From NCBI RefSeq assembly GCF_019464535.1, contig NZ_CP080507.1, forward strand, positions 3,600,001 to 3,632,000: a stretch of DNA of 32,000 nucleotides. Reading direction: 5' to 3'. The notes under the pieces were generated by a model. That model saw only the letters and a list, made by a program, of their open reading frames with translations, was not told where the DNA came from and did no database searches. Source of the stretch: Horticoccus luteus. GTDB taxonomy: Bacteria; Verrucomicrobiota; Verrucomicrobiia; Opitutales; Opitutaceae. This document shows, in pieces, positions 16,408 through 25,687 of this stretch. A program made the position numbers and the translations under genes. Position 1 is the stretch's first letter. Each line of letters opens with the position of its first letter.

Positions 16408-17238
16408 ATGAACCTGCTACCTGCGATCGATATTCGAGCCTATGCCGGCTCGAGTCCCGCTAAACTCAAATCCGATTTTCTCGTCGACGGGCTCTTCGTC
16501 CGGGGCAAAGCCACGTTTAGCTATTGGGAAACCGATCGCACTGTGCTCGGCGGCATCGTGCCCACAACCCGCCCCCTCACGCTGCCGTGCCCAAAGGAGC
16601 TCGCCGCGACCTACTTCAACGAGCGTCGGGAAACCGGCGTCATCAACATCGGCGGCGCCGGCGCGGTGGAAGTCGACGGCGCGCGCTACGATCTCGCGCG
16701 CTACGACTGCCTCTATATCGGCCGCGGCGCGCAGCAGGTCGTTTTCCATTCCACGGAGAAGGGCCGGCCCGCGCACTTCTATCTCCTCAGCTATCCCGCG
16801 CACACCGCGTATCCGACCCAACACGTAAAACACGCCGATGCGCCCGGCGTCTCCCTCGGCTCCGCGACCGATAAAAACAGCCGCGTCCTCTACAAATACA
16901 TCCATCCCGCCGGCGTGAAAAGCTGCCAGCTCGTCATGGGCCTCACGATGATTCAGACCGGCAGCAAGTGGAACACCATGCCGCCGCACACCCACCTCCG
17001 GCGTTCCGAGGTGTATCTCTATTTCGATCTTCCGCCCACCGGCTTCGTGAAACACTACGTCGGCCGTCCGGATGGCATTCGCAATCTGCGCCTCCGCAAC
17101 CGCCAGGCCGTCCTCTCGCCGCCGTGGTCCATTCACTGCGGCGCCGGCAGCGTCCACTATTCCTTCATCTGGGGCATGGGCGGCGAGAACCAGGAATTCG
17201 CCGACATGGATCCCGTCGATCCGGCCCTCATTCGCTGA
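16408..17238 (+). CDS. kduI: 5-dehydro-4-deoxy-D-glucuronate isomerase (4-deoxy-L-threo-5-hexosulose-uronate ketol-isomerase)
   Basis: 276 aa from ATG 16408. The length and motifs match KduI cupins (TDRTVLGGIVP..., WNTMPPHTHLRRSEVYLYFDL, IWGMGGENQEFADMD). Confidence 0.93.
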   Translation: MNLLPAIDIRAYAGSSPAKLKSDFLVDGLFVRGKATFSYWETDRTVLGGIVPTTRPLTLPCPKELAATYFNERRETGVINIGGAGAVEVDGARYDLARYDCLYIGRGAQQVVFHSTEKGRPAHFYLLSYPAHTAYPTQHVKHADAPGVSLGSATDKNSRVLYKYIHPAGVKSCQLVMGLTMIQTGSKWNTMPPHTHLRRSEVYLYFDLPPTGFVKHYVGRPDGIRNLRLRNRQAVLSPPWSIHCGAGSVHYSFIWGMGGENQEFADMDPVDPALIR

Positions 17239-17242
17239 CCCC

Positions 17243-18010
17243 ATGAGCGGAATTCTTGATCGCTTCAGCCTCGCCGGCCAGGTCGCCGTCGTCACCGGCG
17301 CCTCGCGCGGCCTCGGCGCCGCCATCGCGGTCGCCCTCGCGGAAGCCGGCGCCGATGTCGCCCTCGTCGCCCGCGGCGATGTCTCCGCCGCCGAGCAGGC
17401 CATCGCCGCCCTCGGCCGCCGCAGCCTCCGCCTCGCCGAAGACGTCGGCGCACCCGATGCCGCCGCGCGCATTCACGACGCCGTGCTCAAAGACTTTGGT
17501 CGCGCCGACATCCTCGTGAACAACGCCGGCATCATCCGCCGCGCGTCGGTCCTGGAATTCAGCGAGACCGACTGGGACGACGTCCTCAACGTCAACCTCT
17601 CCGCCGCCTTCCGCCTGAGCCAGCGCTTCGCCGCCGGCTGGGTGCGCGCCGGCCAGCCCGGCAAAATCGTCAACATCGCCTCGATGCTGTCGTTCCAAGG
17701 CGGCGTGCGCGTCGTGTCCTACACCGCCGCCAAAAGCGCCCTCGCCGGCATCACCCGCGCGATGGCCAACGAACTCGCGGCGCACCGCATCAACATCAAC
17801 GCCGTCGCGCCGGGCTACATGGCGACCGACAACACCGAGGCGCTCCGCGCCGATCCCGCGCGCAACCGCGCCATCCTCGACCGCATCCCGGCCGGGCGTT
17901 GGGGCGAGCCGGGCGATCTCGCTGGCGCCGTCGTCTTCCTCGCCTCCTCCGCGTCCGACTACCTCCACGGCCACGTGCTCGCCGTCGACGGTGGCTGGCT
18001 CGCCCGTTAA
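17243..18010 (+). CDS. kduD: 2-dehydro-3-deoxy-D-gluconate 5-dehydrogenase (SDR family)
   Basis: 255 aa. The ATG is 4 nt after the kduI stop. It has the SDR TGASRGLG cofactor motif, NNAG, the YTAAKSAL catalytic Y-x3-K, and the KduD-like N-terminus ILDRFSLAGQVAVVTG. Its position next to kduI supports the call. Confidence 0.88.
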   Translation: MSGILDRFSLAGQVAVVTGASRGLGAAIAVALAEAGADVALVARGDVSAAEQAIAALGRRSLRLAEDVGAPDAAARIHDAVLKDFGRADILVNNAGIIRRASVLEFSETDWDDVLNVNLSAAFRLSQRFAAGWVRAGQPGKIVNIASMLSFQGGVRVVSYTAAKSALAGITRAMANELAAHRININAVAPGYMATDNTEALRADPARNRAILDRIPAGRWGEPGDLAGAVVFLASSASDYLHGHVLAVDGGWLAR

Positions 18011-18061
18011 CCCTCCCTCCCGCGCCGCCTCCGTCTGTGGCGCGGGCCCCTTTTCGGCCCC

Positions 18062-19282
18062 ATGAAACTGCTCCCCCTCCTCCTCGCCCTCGCCGCCCCC
18101 GCCGCGCTGTCCGCCGCGGACCAGCTCGTCGTGACTGTCACCCACGATCTCGCCGTCGCCCGCCCCGCCGAAACGATCTCCGTGCCGTGGGCCGATGTGA
18201 ACCGCGCCTTGCCGCACGCGATGATGTATCATCTCGCCGTCAAGGATGCCGCCGGCCACGTGCTGCCCTACCAGGTCACCAACATCAACCCCACCGCCAA
18301 GGACCCGCAACGCGACGGCGGCGCCTACGGCGAACTGCTCTTCCAGCACGACTTCGCGCCCGGCGAAAAGTCCGCCACGTTCACCGTCGAGAAAATCGCC
18401 GCCAACGCCCCCCTCTTCCCGACCAAAGTCTTCGCCCGCTACGTGCCCGAACGCCTCGACGACTTTGCATGGGAAAACGACAAAGTCGCCCATCGCATCT
18501 ACGGCCCCGCGCTCGCCGCACCCGCCGCGCCCGGCTCCGGCAAGGAAGTGCTCGTCACCAGCGGCGTCGACCTCTGGGTGAAACGCGTTTCCTACCCCGT
18601 CGTCGATCGCTGGTATAACAAAGGCCACGACTACTATCACCACTTCGACCTCGGCGAAGGCGCCGATCTCTACAACGTCGGCACCACGCGCGGCTGCGGC
18701 GGCACCGGCATCTGGGACGGACACGAACTCGCCATCGGCCGCAACTACCGCACGTGGACCGTCCTCGCCAACGGCCCCGTGCGTGCGATCTTCGAACTCA
18801 CCTACGACGCGTGGGACGCCCACGGCCGCCAGATCGCCGAGACCAAGCGCTTCACCGTCGATGCCGGGCATTACCTCGACCAGATCGACAGCACCTTCAC
18901 CGTCACCGGCGATTCCACCGCTCCGCTCACCGTCGCCATCGGCTTGAATAAAACGCCCAGCGACAAGGGCGAAGATCCCACCGTGACCCTTACGCAGGAC
19001 GCCGACACCGGCGTGCTCGCCCAATGGCTCGCGCAAAAGATCCACGGTGGCATGGCCACCGGCATCATCGTGCCGCCCGGCGATTTCGCCGGCTTCGCCG
19101 AAGACGCCCGCAACCTGCTCGTGCTCGCGCATGCCAAGCCCGGCGCCCCGTTGCGCTACTACGTCGGCGGCGCGTGGTCGGAAGCCGGTGAAATCACCGA
19201 CGCCGCCGCGTGGAAATCGTATCTCACCGCCGAGTCCGCGCGCCTCGCCTCACCGGTCCGCGTCGCGCTCAGCACGCGCTAA
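18062..19282 (+). CDS. Secreted DUF4861-family protein (uncharacterised, pectin-locus associated)
   Basis: 406 aa with signal peptide MKLLPLLLALAAPAALSA. FARYVPERLDDFAWENDKVAHRIYGPAL and GVDLWVKR resemble the conserved core I recall for DUF4861 proteins, which are found beside kduI/kduD in other phyla. Confidence 0.75.
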   Translation: MKLLPLLLALAAPAALSAADQLVVTVTHDLAVARPAETISVPWADVNRALPHAMMYHLAVKDAAGHVLPYQVTNINPTAKDPQRDGGAYGELLFQHDFAPGEKSATFTVEKIAANAPLFPTKVFARYVPERLDDFAWENDKVAHRIYGPALAAPAAPGSGKEVLVTSGVDLWVKRVSYPVVDRWYNKGHDYYHHFDLGEGADLYNVGTTRGCGGTGIWDGHELAIGRNYRTWTVLANGPVRAIFELTYDAWDAHGRQIAETKRFTVDAGHYLDQIDSTFTVTGDSTAPLTVAIGLNKTPSDKGEDPTVTLTQDADTGVLAQWLAQKIHGGMATGIIVPPGDFAGFAEDARNLLVLAHAKPGAPLRYYVGGAWSEAGEITDAAAWKSYLTAESARLASPVRVALSTR

Positions 19283-19304
19283 CGCGCCCTCACCTTTCCG
19301 CGCG

Positions 19305-20681
19305 TTGATCGCCCTACGCCGTCTTCTCCTCGCCGCGCTCACCCTCGCTGGCGTCAATCTCGCAGCGCCCTCACTCCTCGCCGCCGGCTGGGACGACCTG
19401 CCCGCGGTCCTCGCGCGGATCTCGGCGCCGCAATTTCCGGCGCGCGATTTTCCGATCACCGAGTTCGGTGCGCGGCCCGGCCTCGATGCCACCGCCGCTC
19501 TGCGCGCGGCCATCGCCGCCTGCTCGGCGGCCGGCGGCGGCCGCGTCGTCGTGCCCGCCGGCCTCTGGCTCACCGGTGCGATCCATCTCCGCAGCGGCGT
19601 CAACCTCCACGTTTCCGCCGGCGCGACGTTGCGGTTTTCCACCGACCCGACCGCCTATCCCCTCGTGTTCACGCGCTGGGAAGGCATCGAGTGCCTCAAC
19701 CATTCGCCGCTCATCTACGCGTTCGAGCAGGAAAACATCGCCGTCACCGGCACCGGCACTCTCGACGGTCAGGCGAGCGACGACACGTGGTGGCGCTGGG
19801 TCAACCGCTCCGCCGAGGGCCTCCGCCCGCAACAGGCTGCCCGCGACGCCCTCGTCGCTTTGGGCGAACAAGGCGTGCCCGTCACACAACGGATTTTCGG
19901 CGACGGCCATTTCTTGCGGCCCAACTTCATCCAGACTTATCGCTGCCGGAATGTCCTGATCGAGGGCGTGACAATCATCCGCTCGCCCATGTGGGAAATT
20001 CATCCCGTGCTCTCCACCAACGTCACCGTGCGCGGCGTGAAGATCGATTCGCACGGACCCAACAACGACGGCTGCAATCCCGAATCCTCGCGCGATGTCC
20101 TGATCGAAGACTGTGTTTTCGACACCGGCGACGACTGCATCGCCATCAAATCCGGCCGCAACGCCGACGGCCGCCGCGTCGGCCTGCCCTCCGAAAACAT
20201 CGTGGTGCGCCGTTGCACGATGAAGGACGGCCACGGCGGCGTGGTCATCGGCAGCGAAGTATCCGGCGGCTGTCGCAACGTTTTCGTCGAGGACTGCGTG
20301 ATGGACAGCCCGTCACTCGACCGCGCCCTTCGCCTCAAATCCAACGCCCAGCGCGGCGGCGTGATTGAAAACGTCTTCATGCGGCGCGTGACTGTCGGCC
20401 AGGTGGCCGAAGCCATTCTTACGGTCGATCTCCTCTACGGCGAAGGCGCCGCCGGCGAGCATCCGCCGACCGTGCGCAACATCCACCTCGACCGCATCAC
20501 GAGCACCTCCAGTCCCCGCGTGCTCTGGATCGCCGGCTTTGCCGGCGCCACGATCGAAGACATCTTTATTCGCGACTGCACCTTTCGCGGCGTCACTGCT
20601 GCGGAATACGTCGTCCACGCCGGCCACATCGACTGGCGCCACGTCACGATCGAGCCCGCGGCGATCCCGATTCGTCGTTGA
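19305..20681 (+). CDS. Secreted GH28 polygalacturonase / exo-poly-alpha-galacturonosidase
   Basis: Right-handed beta-helix motifs are present: NNDGCNPES, DTGDDCIAIKSG (catalytic Asp cluster), GHGGVVIGSE and RLKSN. The chosen start is in-frame TTG 19305, giving signal peptide MIALRRLLLAALTLAGVNLAAPSLLAA. It is the first start after the upstream stop at 19282, so the exact start is uncertain. Confidence 0.9.
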   Translation: MIALRRLLLAALTLAGVNLAAPSLLAAGWDDLPAVLARISAPQFPARDFPITEFGARPGLDATAALRAAIAACSAAGGGRVVVPAGLWLTGAIHLRSGVNLHVSAGATLRFSTDPTAYPLVFTRWEGIECLNHSPLIYAFEQENIAVTGTGTLDGQASDDTWWRWVNRSAEGLRPQQAARDALVALGEQGVPVTQRIFGDGHFLRPNFIQTYRCRNVLIEGVTIIRSPMWEIHPVLSTNVTVRGVKIDSHGPNNDGCNPESSRDVLIEDCVFDTGDDCIAIKSGRNADGRRVGLPSENIVVRRCTMKDGHGGVVIGSEVSGGCRNVFVEDCVMDSPSLDRALRLKSNAQRGGVIENVFMRRVTVGQVAEAILTVDLLYGEGAAGEHPPTVRNIHLDRITSTSSPRVLWIAGFAGATIEDIFIRDCTFRGVTAAEYVVHAGHIDWRHVTIEPAAIPIRR

Positions 20682-20842
20682 TCGTCGCCCGGCTGGGCGC
20701 GGGCGGCTGCGCGCTCACGTCTCATTTATCTCCGGCGGCGGCGCGTCGGCGTCGCACTTGCCTCACACCGAATCACGCCTCCAAACTTTTCCTCCCTCTC
20801 CTTCGCCTGAGTCACACCGATCAATTTTTCACCCTGATCCGC

Positions 20843-23026
20843 ATGTTTTCTCGTTTTCTCATCCTTCTCAGCGCTGCCCTTCTCGCGACGTCGTCTCCTC
20901 TGCTCCAGGCAGCCTCGAAAGCCGGCGATGACATCACCACGTTGCCGGCGTTTTCCGTCTCCGAAGAGACGGCCGATGACAGCTTCGATGCGACGGGCAT
21001 GGGCGCGGTGGATGAAGAGATGAGCGATCCCGTTTTCTCGAACGAACTCACGAGCATCGACTTCGACTCGGATCCCACGATCAGCGGCGACACCGAGGTT
21101 GAACTCGGTGCCATCGACACCGATTCGCCCTCCGAGCGCGCCCTGGGCCAGTCGCAGCTCAAGCTCCGCGGCTTCCCCACGCCGAGCCTGCGCAACAGCT
21201 ATCTGCGCGTCGGCCTCCCGCGCGCCGTGAACATCAATCGCGTGATCGTCATCGAAGGCCCCCTCGTTCCCGTCCTCGGCCGCGCGGCCCCCGGCGGCAT
21301 TCAAAACTTCCTCACCTGGCGTCCTCGCGCCACCGCCCAGCAAAGCCTCGAATTCCTGACCACCAGCCGCGACCGTCAGCGCGCCGCCGCGCGCACCAAC
21401 GGCACCCTCATCGCCAAACGCCTCTGGCAACGCGTCGCCGTCGAATGGACGCTGCGCAACGGCCCGGAGCAGTTCTCCCGCCAGGAAACCAGCTCCCTCA
21501 GCGCCGCGCTCACCTGGCGCCACAACCGCGCCGCGAGCACGATGGTGTCCTTCGATTTCTCTCATCTTCTCGCCCGCGTGCCGCCCGGCATCCCGCGCTA
21601 TCGGCCCACCGCCGGCGCCAAGATCGCCGGCCCTTATCTCCCGCTGGCGTTGTTCAATTCCAACGGCCCCCACGCCGCCGTGCGCCGCGATACCGGCGTG
21701 CTCAACGTGCAATCCGAACGCCAGCTCTCCCGCATCTTCGCCATGCGCGCCTCCGCGGAAGCATGGTGGGCGCACACCGATCAGGACCGCTTCACCTCGC
21801 CCGTGCTCGTTCTCGACCGCGGCGTGTTTGAAGGTGTCCGCGAACCACGCCACATCGAGCAACCCTCCCAAACGCTCGCCGCCCAGATCGAGTTCACCGC
21901 GCGCTTTCACATCGCGAAGACCGAGCACAAACTGCTCCTCACCGCCGCGCAAACCTGGGGCAGCCAGTCACGCCTTGAACGCGCGCTCTCCACCGCCGAC
22001 CGCGCCGCCCAACCCGCCGACGTCCGCACCTTCGATCCCGCCGCCCCCAACTACACCGCGCCCGCCTACGATCCGTTGGTCTATTCGCGCGTCATCACCG
22101 ACCGCGATGAACGCGCCCGCTTCAGCGCCGCCGAACTCGGTGATCGCGTCGCCCTCGGCCGTGGCATTGTGGTGCTCACCGGCGGCGCCCGCTACGATGC
22201 CGTCACGCTCCACGTCACCGACGCGAAGCCCGGCAGCGCCCGCCCGCTGCTCGAAGACCACGCCACACGCCTCAGCTTTCACTCCGGCCTGAACTGGCAG
22301 ATCCAGCGCAACCGCCTGCTTCTTTTCGCCACCGCCAGCAGCGGCTTCGATCCCGCCACCCGTGTCGACGGCCGCACCGGCCTCATCCAGCCCCACGAAT
22401 CCACCCTCGGCTACGAACTCGGCCTCCGCGGCCGCCTCGCGACCGGCCGCTTCGAATACTCCGCCTCCTCGTTCCTCCTCTATAATCGCGACATCGCCCG
22501 CCGCAATCCGCTCTACGACGACCCCATCGCCGACGCCAACCAGACCCAGCCGCAGCTCGTCGCCGCCGGCCGCGAACGCTACACCGGTGTCCGCCTCGAC
22601 GCCCGCTGGCACTTCAACCCCCAATGGCAACTCGCCGTGCGCGGCGTCGAAATGCAGGCCGCCACCACCGATTCGCCCGACCTGCCCCAGGAGGTCGGCC
22701 GCGCCGTCCCGCGCCTGCCCGGCGAAACCGCCTCGCTCGTGCTCCGCCGCCGCCCCGCGCAAAAAGGCAGCGGCTGGACCGGCAGCCTCGCCCTGTCCTA
22801 CGTCGGCGCTTACGTCGCCAACTACGAAGACGCACGCCAACTCGAGGTCGACTACCCCGGTTATGCACTGCTCAACGCCGGCGTCGGCCGCATCTGGCGC
22901 CACGGCCCCCGCTCGCTCGAAATCAGCCTCGGCCTGCGCAACGCCCTCGCCCGCGACCTCCTCGCGAGCAACGCCCGCGTCGGCGCCGGCCGCGAACTCA
23001 CGTGGTCCACCCGCCTCCTGTTTTGA
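20843..23026 (+). CDS. TonB-dependent outer-membrane receptor/transporter
   Basis: 727 aa from ATG 20843. It has a signal peptide (MFSRFLILLSAALLATSSPLLQAAS), a TonB-box-like ITTLPAFSVS, plug-like LKLRGF...VIEGPLVPVLGRAAPGGIQNFLT, long alternating beta-strand-like sequence, and a terminal aromatic residue (...TWSTRLLF). Confidence 0.8.
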   Translation: MFSRFLILLSAALLATSSPLLQAASKAGDDITTLPAFSVSEETADDSFDATGMGAVDEEMSDPVFSNELTSIDFDSDPTISGDTEVELGAIDTDSPSERALGQSQLKLRGFPTPSLRNSYLRVGLPRAVNINRVIVIEGPLVPVLGRAAPGGIQNFLTWRPRATAQQSLEFLTTSRDRQRAAARTNGTLIAKRLWQRVAVEWTLRNGPEQFSRQETSSLSAALTWRHNRAASTMVSFDFSHLLARVPPGIPRYRPTAGAKIAGPYLPLALFNSNGPHAAVRRDTGVLNVQSERQLSRIFAMRASAEAWWAHTDQDRFTSPVLVLDRGVFEGVREPRHIEQPSQTLAAQIEFTARFHIAKTEHKLLLTAAQTWGSQSRLERALSTADRAAQPADVRTFDPAAPNYTAPAYDPLVYSRVITDRDERARFSAAELGDRVALGRGIVVLTGGARYDAVTLHVTDAKPGSARPLLEDHATRLSFHSGLNWQIQRNRLLLFATASSGFDPATRVDGRTGLIQPHESTLGYELGLRGRLATGRFEYSASSFLLYNRDIARRNPLYDDPIADANQTQPQLVAAGRERYTGVRLDARWHFNPQWQLAVRGVEMQAATTDSPDLPQEVGRAVPRLPGETASLVLRRRPAQKGSGWTGSLALSYVGAYVANYEDARQLEVDYPGYALLNAGVGRIWRHGPRSLEISLGLRNALARDLLASNARVGAGRELTWSTRLLF

Positions 23027-23178
23027 CGCTCCCCGGCCGCCCCGCCTGCGCCCCGCACCTGCCCCACCGACGCCCGCCTTTCACTTCGCTGACACGGTTG
23101 CCACCGCTTCCGTTAAACAATGAGCGCCAGCGCAGACTGTCGCCCGTTCGCACGTCTTCCTAAAGTCGCCGTTCCCCC

Positions 23179-24594
23179 ATGCCCTCCTTCATTAACGAGA
23201 ATTTTCTCCTCCAAACCGCGGCCGCGCGCGACCTCTACCACACCTACGCCGAAGGTCAGCCGATCTACGATTACCACTGCCATCTGCCCGCCGCGCAGAT
23301 CCTCGAAAATCACGCCTTCGCCGACATCGCCGAAATCTGGCTCGGCGGCGATCACTACAAATGGCGCGTGATGCGGGCCAACGGCGTCCCGGAACGCTTC
23401 GTTACCGGCGATGCCTCGCCCCGCGAGAAATTCGACGCCTGGTGCGCCACCGTCCCGCACGTTCTCCGCAACCCCCTCTATCACTGGTCGCATCTCGAAC
23501 TGAAGCGCTACTTCGATCTCGACGTCACCATCAACGCCGACTCCGCCGACCGCATCTGGGAGGAGGCCAACGCCAAACTCCGGTCGATGCGCGTGCATGA
23601 TATCCTCGCCGCCAATCGCGTCGCCGTCATCTGCACCACCGACGATCCCGCCGACTCCCTCGAAACGCACGAAAAGATCGCCGCGCTCGGCCTCACCACG
23701 CGTGTCTATCCCGCCTTCCGCCCCGACAAGGCGCTCGGCGTCAACGACCCCGCCGCCTTCAATCCGTGGGTCGAAAAACTCGCCGGCGCCGCGCAGATCA
23801 CGATCGCCTCGTTCGACGACTTTCTCGCCGCCCTTCGCCACCGCCACGACGATTTTCACGCGCATGGCTGCCGCCTCTCCGACCACGGCCTCAACCACGC
23901 GTTTGCCGAGCCCTGCACCGCCGCGGAAGCCCAAACGATCTTCGCCGCCGCCCGCGCCGGCCGCGCCGCTTCTTCGGCCGATCACGCGAAATTCGCGTCG
24001 TTCCTCATGCTGGCCTTCGGCCGCTGGGATGCGAAGCGCGGCTGGACCAAGCAGCTCCACCTCGGTGCGCTGCGCAGCGCCAACACCCGCCTCCTCGCCC
24101 GCCTCGGACCCGACACCGGTTTCGACTCCATCGGCGACTGGCCGCAGGCCTCCTCGCTCGCGCGCTACCTCGACACCCTCGACTCCACCGATGAGTTGCC
24201 GCGCCTGATCGTCTACAACCTCAACCCCGCCGACAATTATCTCCTCGCGACGATGATCGGCAATTTTCAGGACGGCTCCGTCCCCGGCAAACTGCAATTC
24301 GGCAGCGGCTGGTGGTTCCTCGATCAAAAAGAAGCGATGGAGTGGCAGCTCAACGCCCTCTCGAACAACGGCCTGCTCAGCCGCTTCGTCGGCATGCTCA
24401 CCGATTCCCGCAGCTTCCTCAGCTACACCCGGCACGAATATTTCCGCCGCGTCCTCTGCAACCTGCTCGGCTCCGAGATGGAGCGCGGCGAACTTCCCGC
24501 CGACCGCGAGCTCGTTGGCGCCATGGTGCGCAACATCTGCTTCAACAACGCCCGCGACTACTTCCGCCTCGAACTCCATTCGCACTTCGCGTAA
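23179..24594 (+). CDS. uxaC: Glucuronate (uronate) isomerase
   Basis: 471 aa. MPSFINENFLLQTAAARDLYHTYAEGQPIYDYHCHL...GDHYKWRVMRANGV...GSGWWFLDQK are hallmark UxaC segments. Confidence 0.95.
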   Translation: MPSFINENFLLQTAAARDLYHTYAEGQPIYDYHCHLPAAQILENHAFADIAEIWLGGDHYKWRVMRANGVPERFVTGDASPREKFDAWCATVPHVLRNPLYHWSHLELKRYFDLDVTINADSADRIWEEANAKLRSMRVHDILAANRVAVICTTDDPADSLETHEKIAALGLTTRVYPAFRPDKALGVNDPAAFNPWVEKLAGAAQITIASFDDFLAALRHRHDDFHAHGCRLSDHGLNHAFAEPCTAAEAQTIFAAARAGRAASSADHAKFASFLMLAFGRWDAKRGWTKQLHLGALRSANTRLLARLGPDTGFDSIGDWPQASSLARYLDTLDSTDELPRLIVYNLNPADNYLLATMIGNFQDGSVPGKLQFGSGWWFLDQKEAMEWQLNALSNNGLLSRFVGMLTDSRSFLSYTRHEYFRRVLCNLLGSEMERGELPADRELVGAMVRNICFNNARDYFRLELHSHFA

Positions 24595-24626
24595 TTTTCT
24601 CCGCCCTCGTTTGGCTCCTCGTTCCC

Positions 24627-25607
24627 ATGAAGCGCATTCTCCTGACGACCACTTCCTTTCAAGACACCCCCGGTGAACACCACCGGCTGCTCGCCGAAAC
24701 CGGCTGCGAAATCGTCACCGCCCGCGGCCCCCTCAACGAAGCCGATACGCTCGCCCTCGTCGGTGACATCGATGCCTACATCTGTGGCGACGACGCCATC
24801 ACCCGCGCCGTCCTCGAAAAGGCCCGCCCGCGCCTGAAAATCCTCAGCAAATACGGCATCGGCGTCGACAAGATCGACATCAAGTCCGCCACCGAATTCG
24901 GCATCCCCGTGCTCTTCACGCCCGGCGTGAATCATACCACCGTCGCCGAGCACACGTTCCTGCTCCTCCTCGCGGTGGAGAAAAACCTCCTTTTCCACAC
25001 CGACTCCACCCGCGCCGGCGGCTGGAAACGCAAAACCGGCCACGAGCTTTTCGAGAAGACGATCGGCATCGTCGGTCTCGGCCGCATCGGCAAGGAAGTC
25101 GCCATCCGCGCCCGCGCCTTCGGCATGCACCCCATCGGCTTCGGCCACTATTGGGACGACGCGTTTGCCGCCCAATACGGCGTCCAACGCGCCGCCTCGC
25201 CGGAGGAAATTTACGCCGTCGCCGACTACATTTCGCTCCACACCAATCTCACTCCGCAAACGCGCCACATGATCAACGCCGCCTCCATCGCGAAGATGAA
25301 GCCCGGCGCCGTGATCCTCAATTGCGCCCGGGGCGAGATCGTCCACACCCCCGACCTCATCGCCGCGCTCCAGTCCGGCCAGCTCCGCGGTTACGGTGCC
25401 GACGTGCTCGACGAAGAACCGCCGCCGCCCGATTACCCGCTGCTCAAATTGCCCAACGTCGTCATCACGCCTCACATCGGCTCCCGCACGTTTGAAAGCG
25501 TCGTCCGGCAGGCGACCTGCGCCGTCAAAAACCTCACGCTCGCCATGAACGGCGAAAAGCCCATCGCGCAGATCAACCCCGAGGTGCCGGTCAAAAAACT
25601 CGCCTGA
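24627..25607 (+). CDS. D-isomer-specific 2-hydroxyacid dehydrogenase family oxidoreductase (phosphoglycerate/glyoxylate-reductase-like)
   Basis: 326 aa from ATG 24627. It has the NAD fold IGIVGLGRIGKEVA, the catalytic-region motifs NCARGEIV and ITPHIGS, and an N-terminal substrate domain (KYGIGVDKIDIKSA). Confidence 0.88.
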   Translation: MKRILLTTTSFQDTPGEHHRLLAETGCEIVTARGPLNEADTLALVGDIDAYICGDDAITRAVLEKARPRLKILSKYGIGVDKIDIKSATEFGIPVLFTPGVNHTTVAEHTFLLLLAVEKNLLFHTDSTRAGGWKRKTGHELFEKTIGIVGLGRIGKEVAIRARAFGMHPIGFGHYWDDAFAAQYGVQRAASPEEIYAVADYISLHTNLTPQTRHMINAASIAKMKPGAVILNCARGEIVHTPDLIAALQSGQLRGYGADVLDEEPPPPDYPLLKLPNVVITPHIGSRTFESVVRQATCAVKNLTLAMNGEKPIAQINPEVPVKKLA

Positions 25608-25687
25608 GCTTTCCCCGCGCCGCCCTTCGCCGTTTCGCGGCCGGGTGACATTGCCGCACGCCAACTCTTTTTCTTCCTGCTCCTGCC

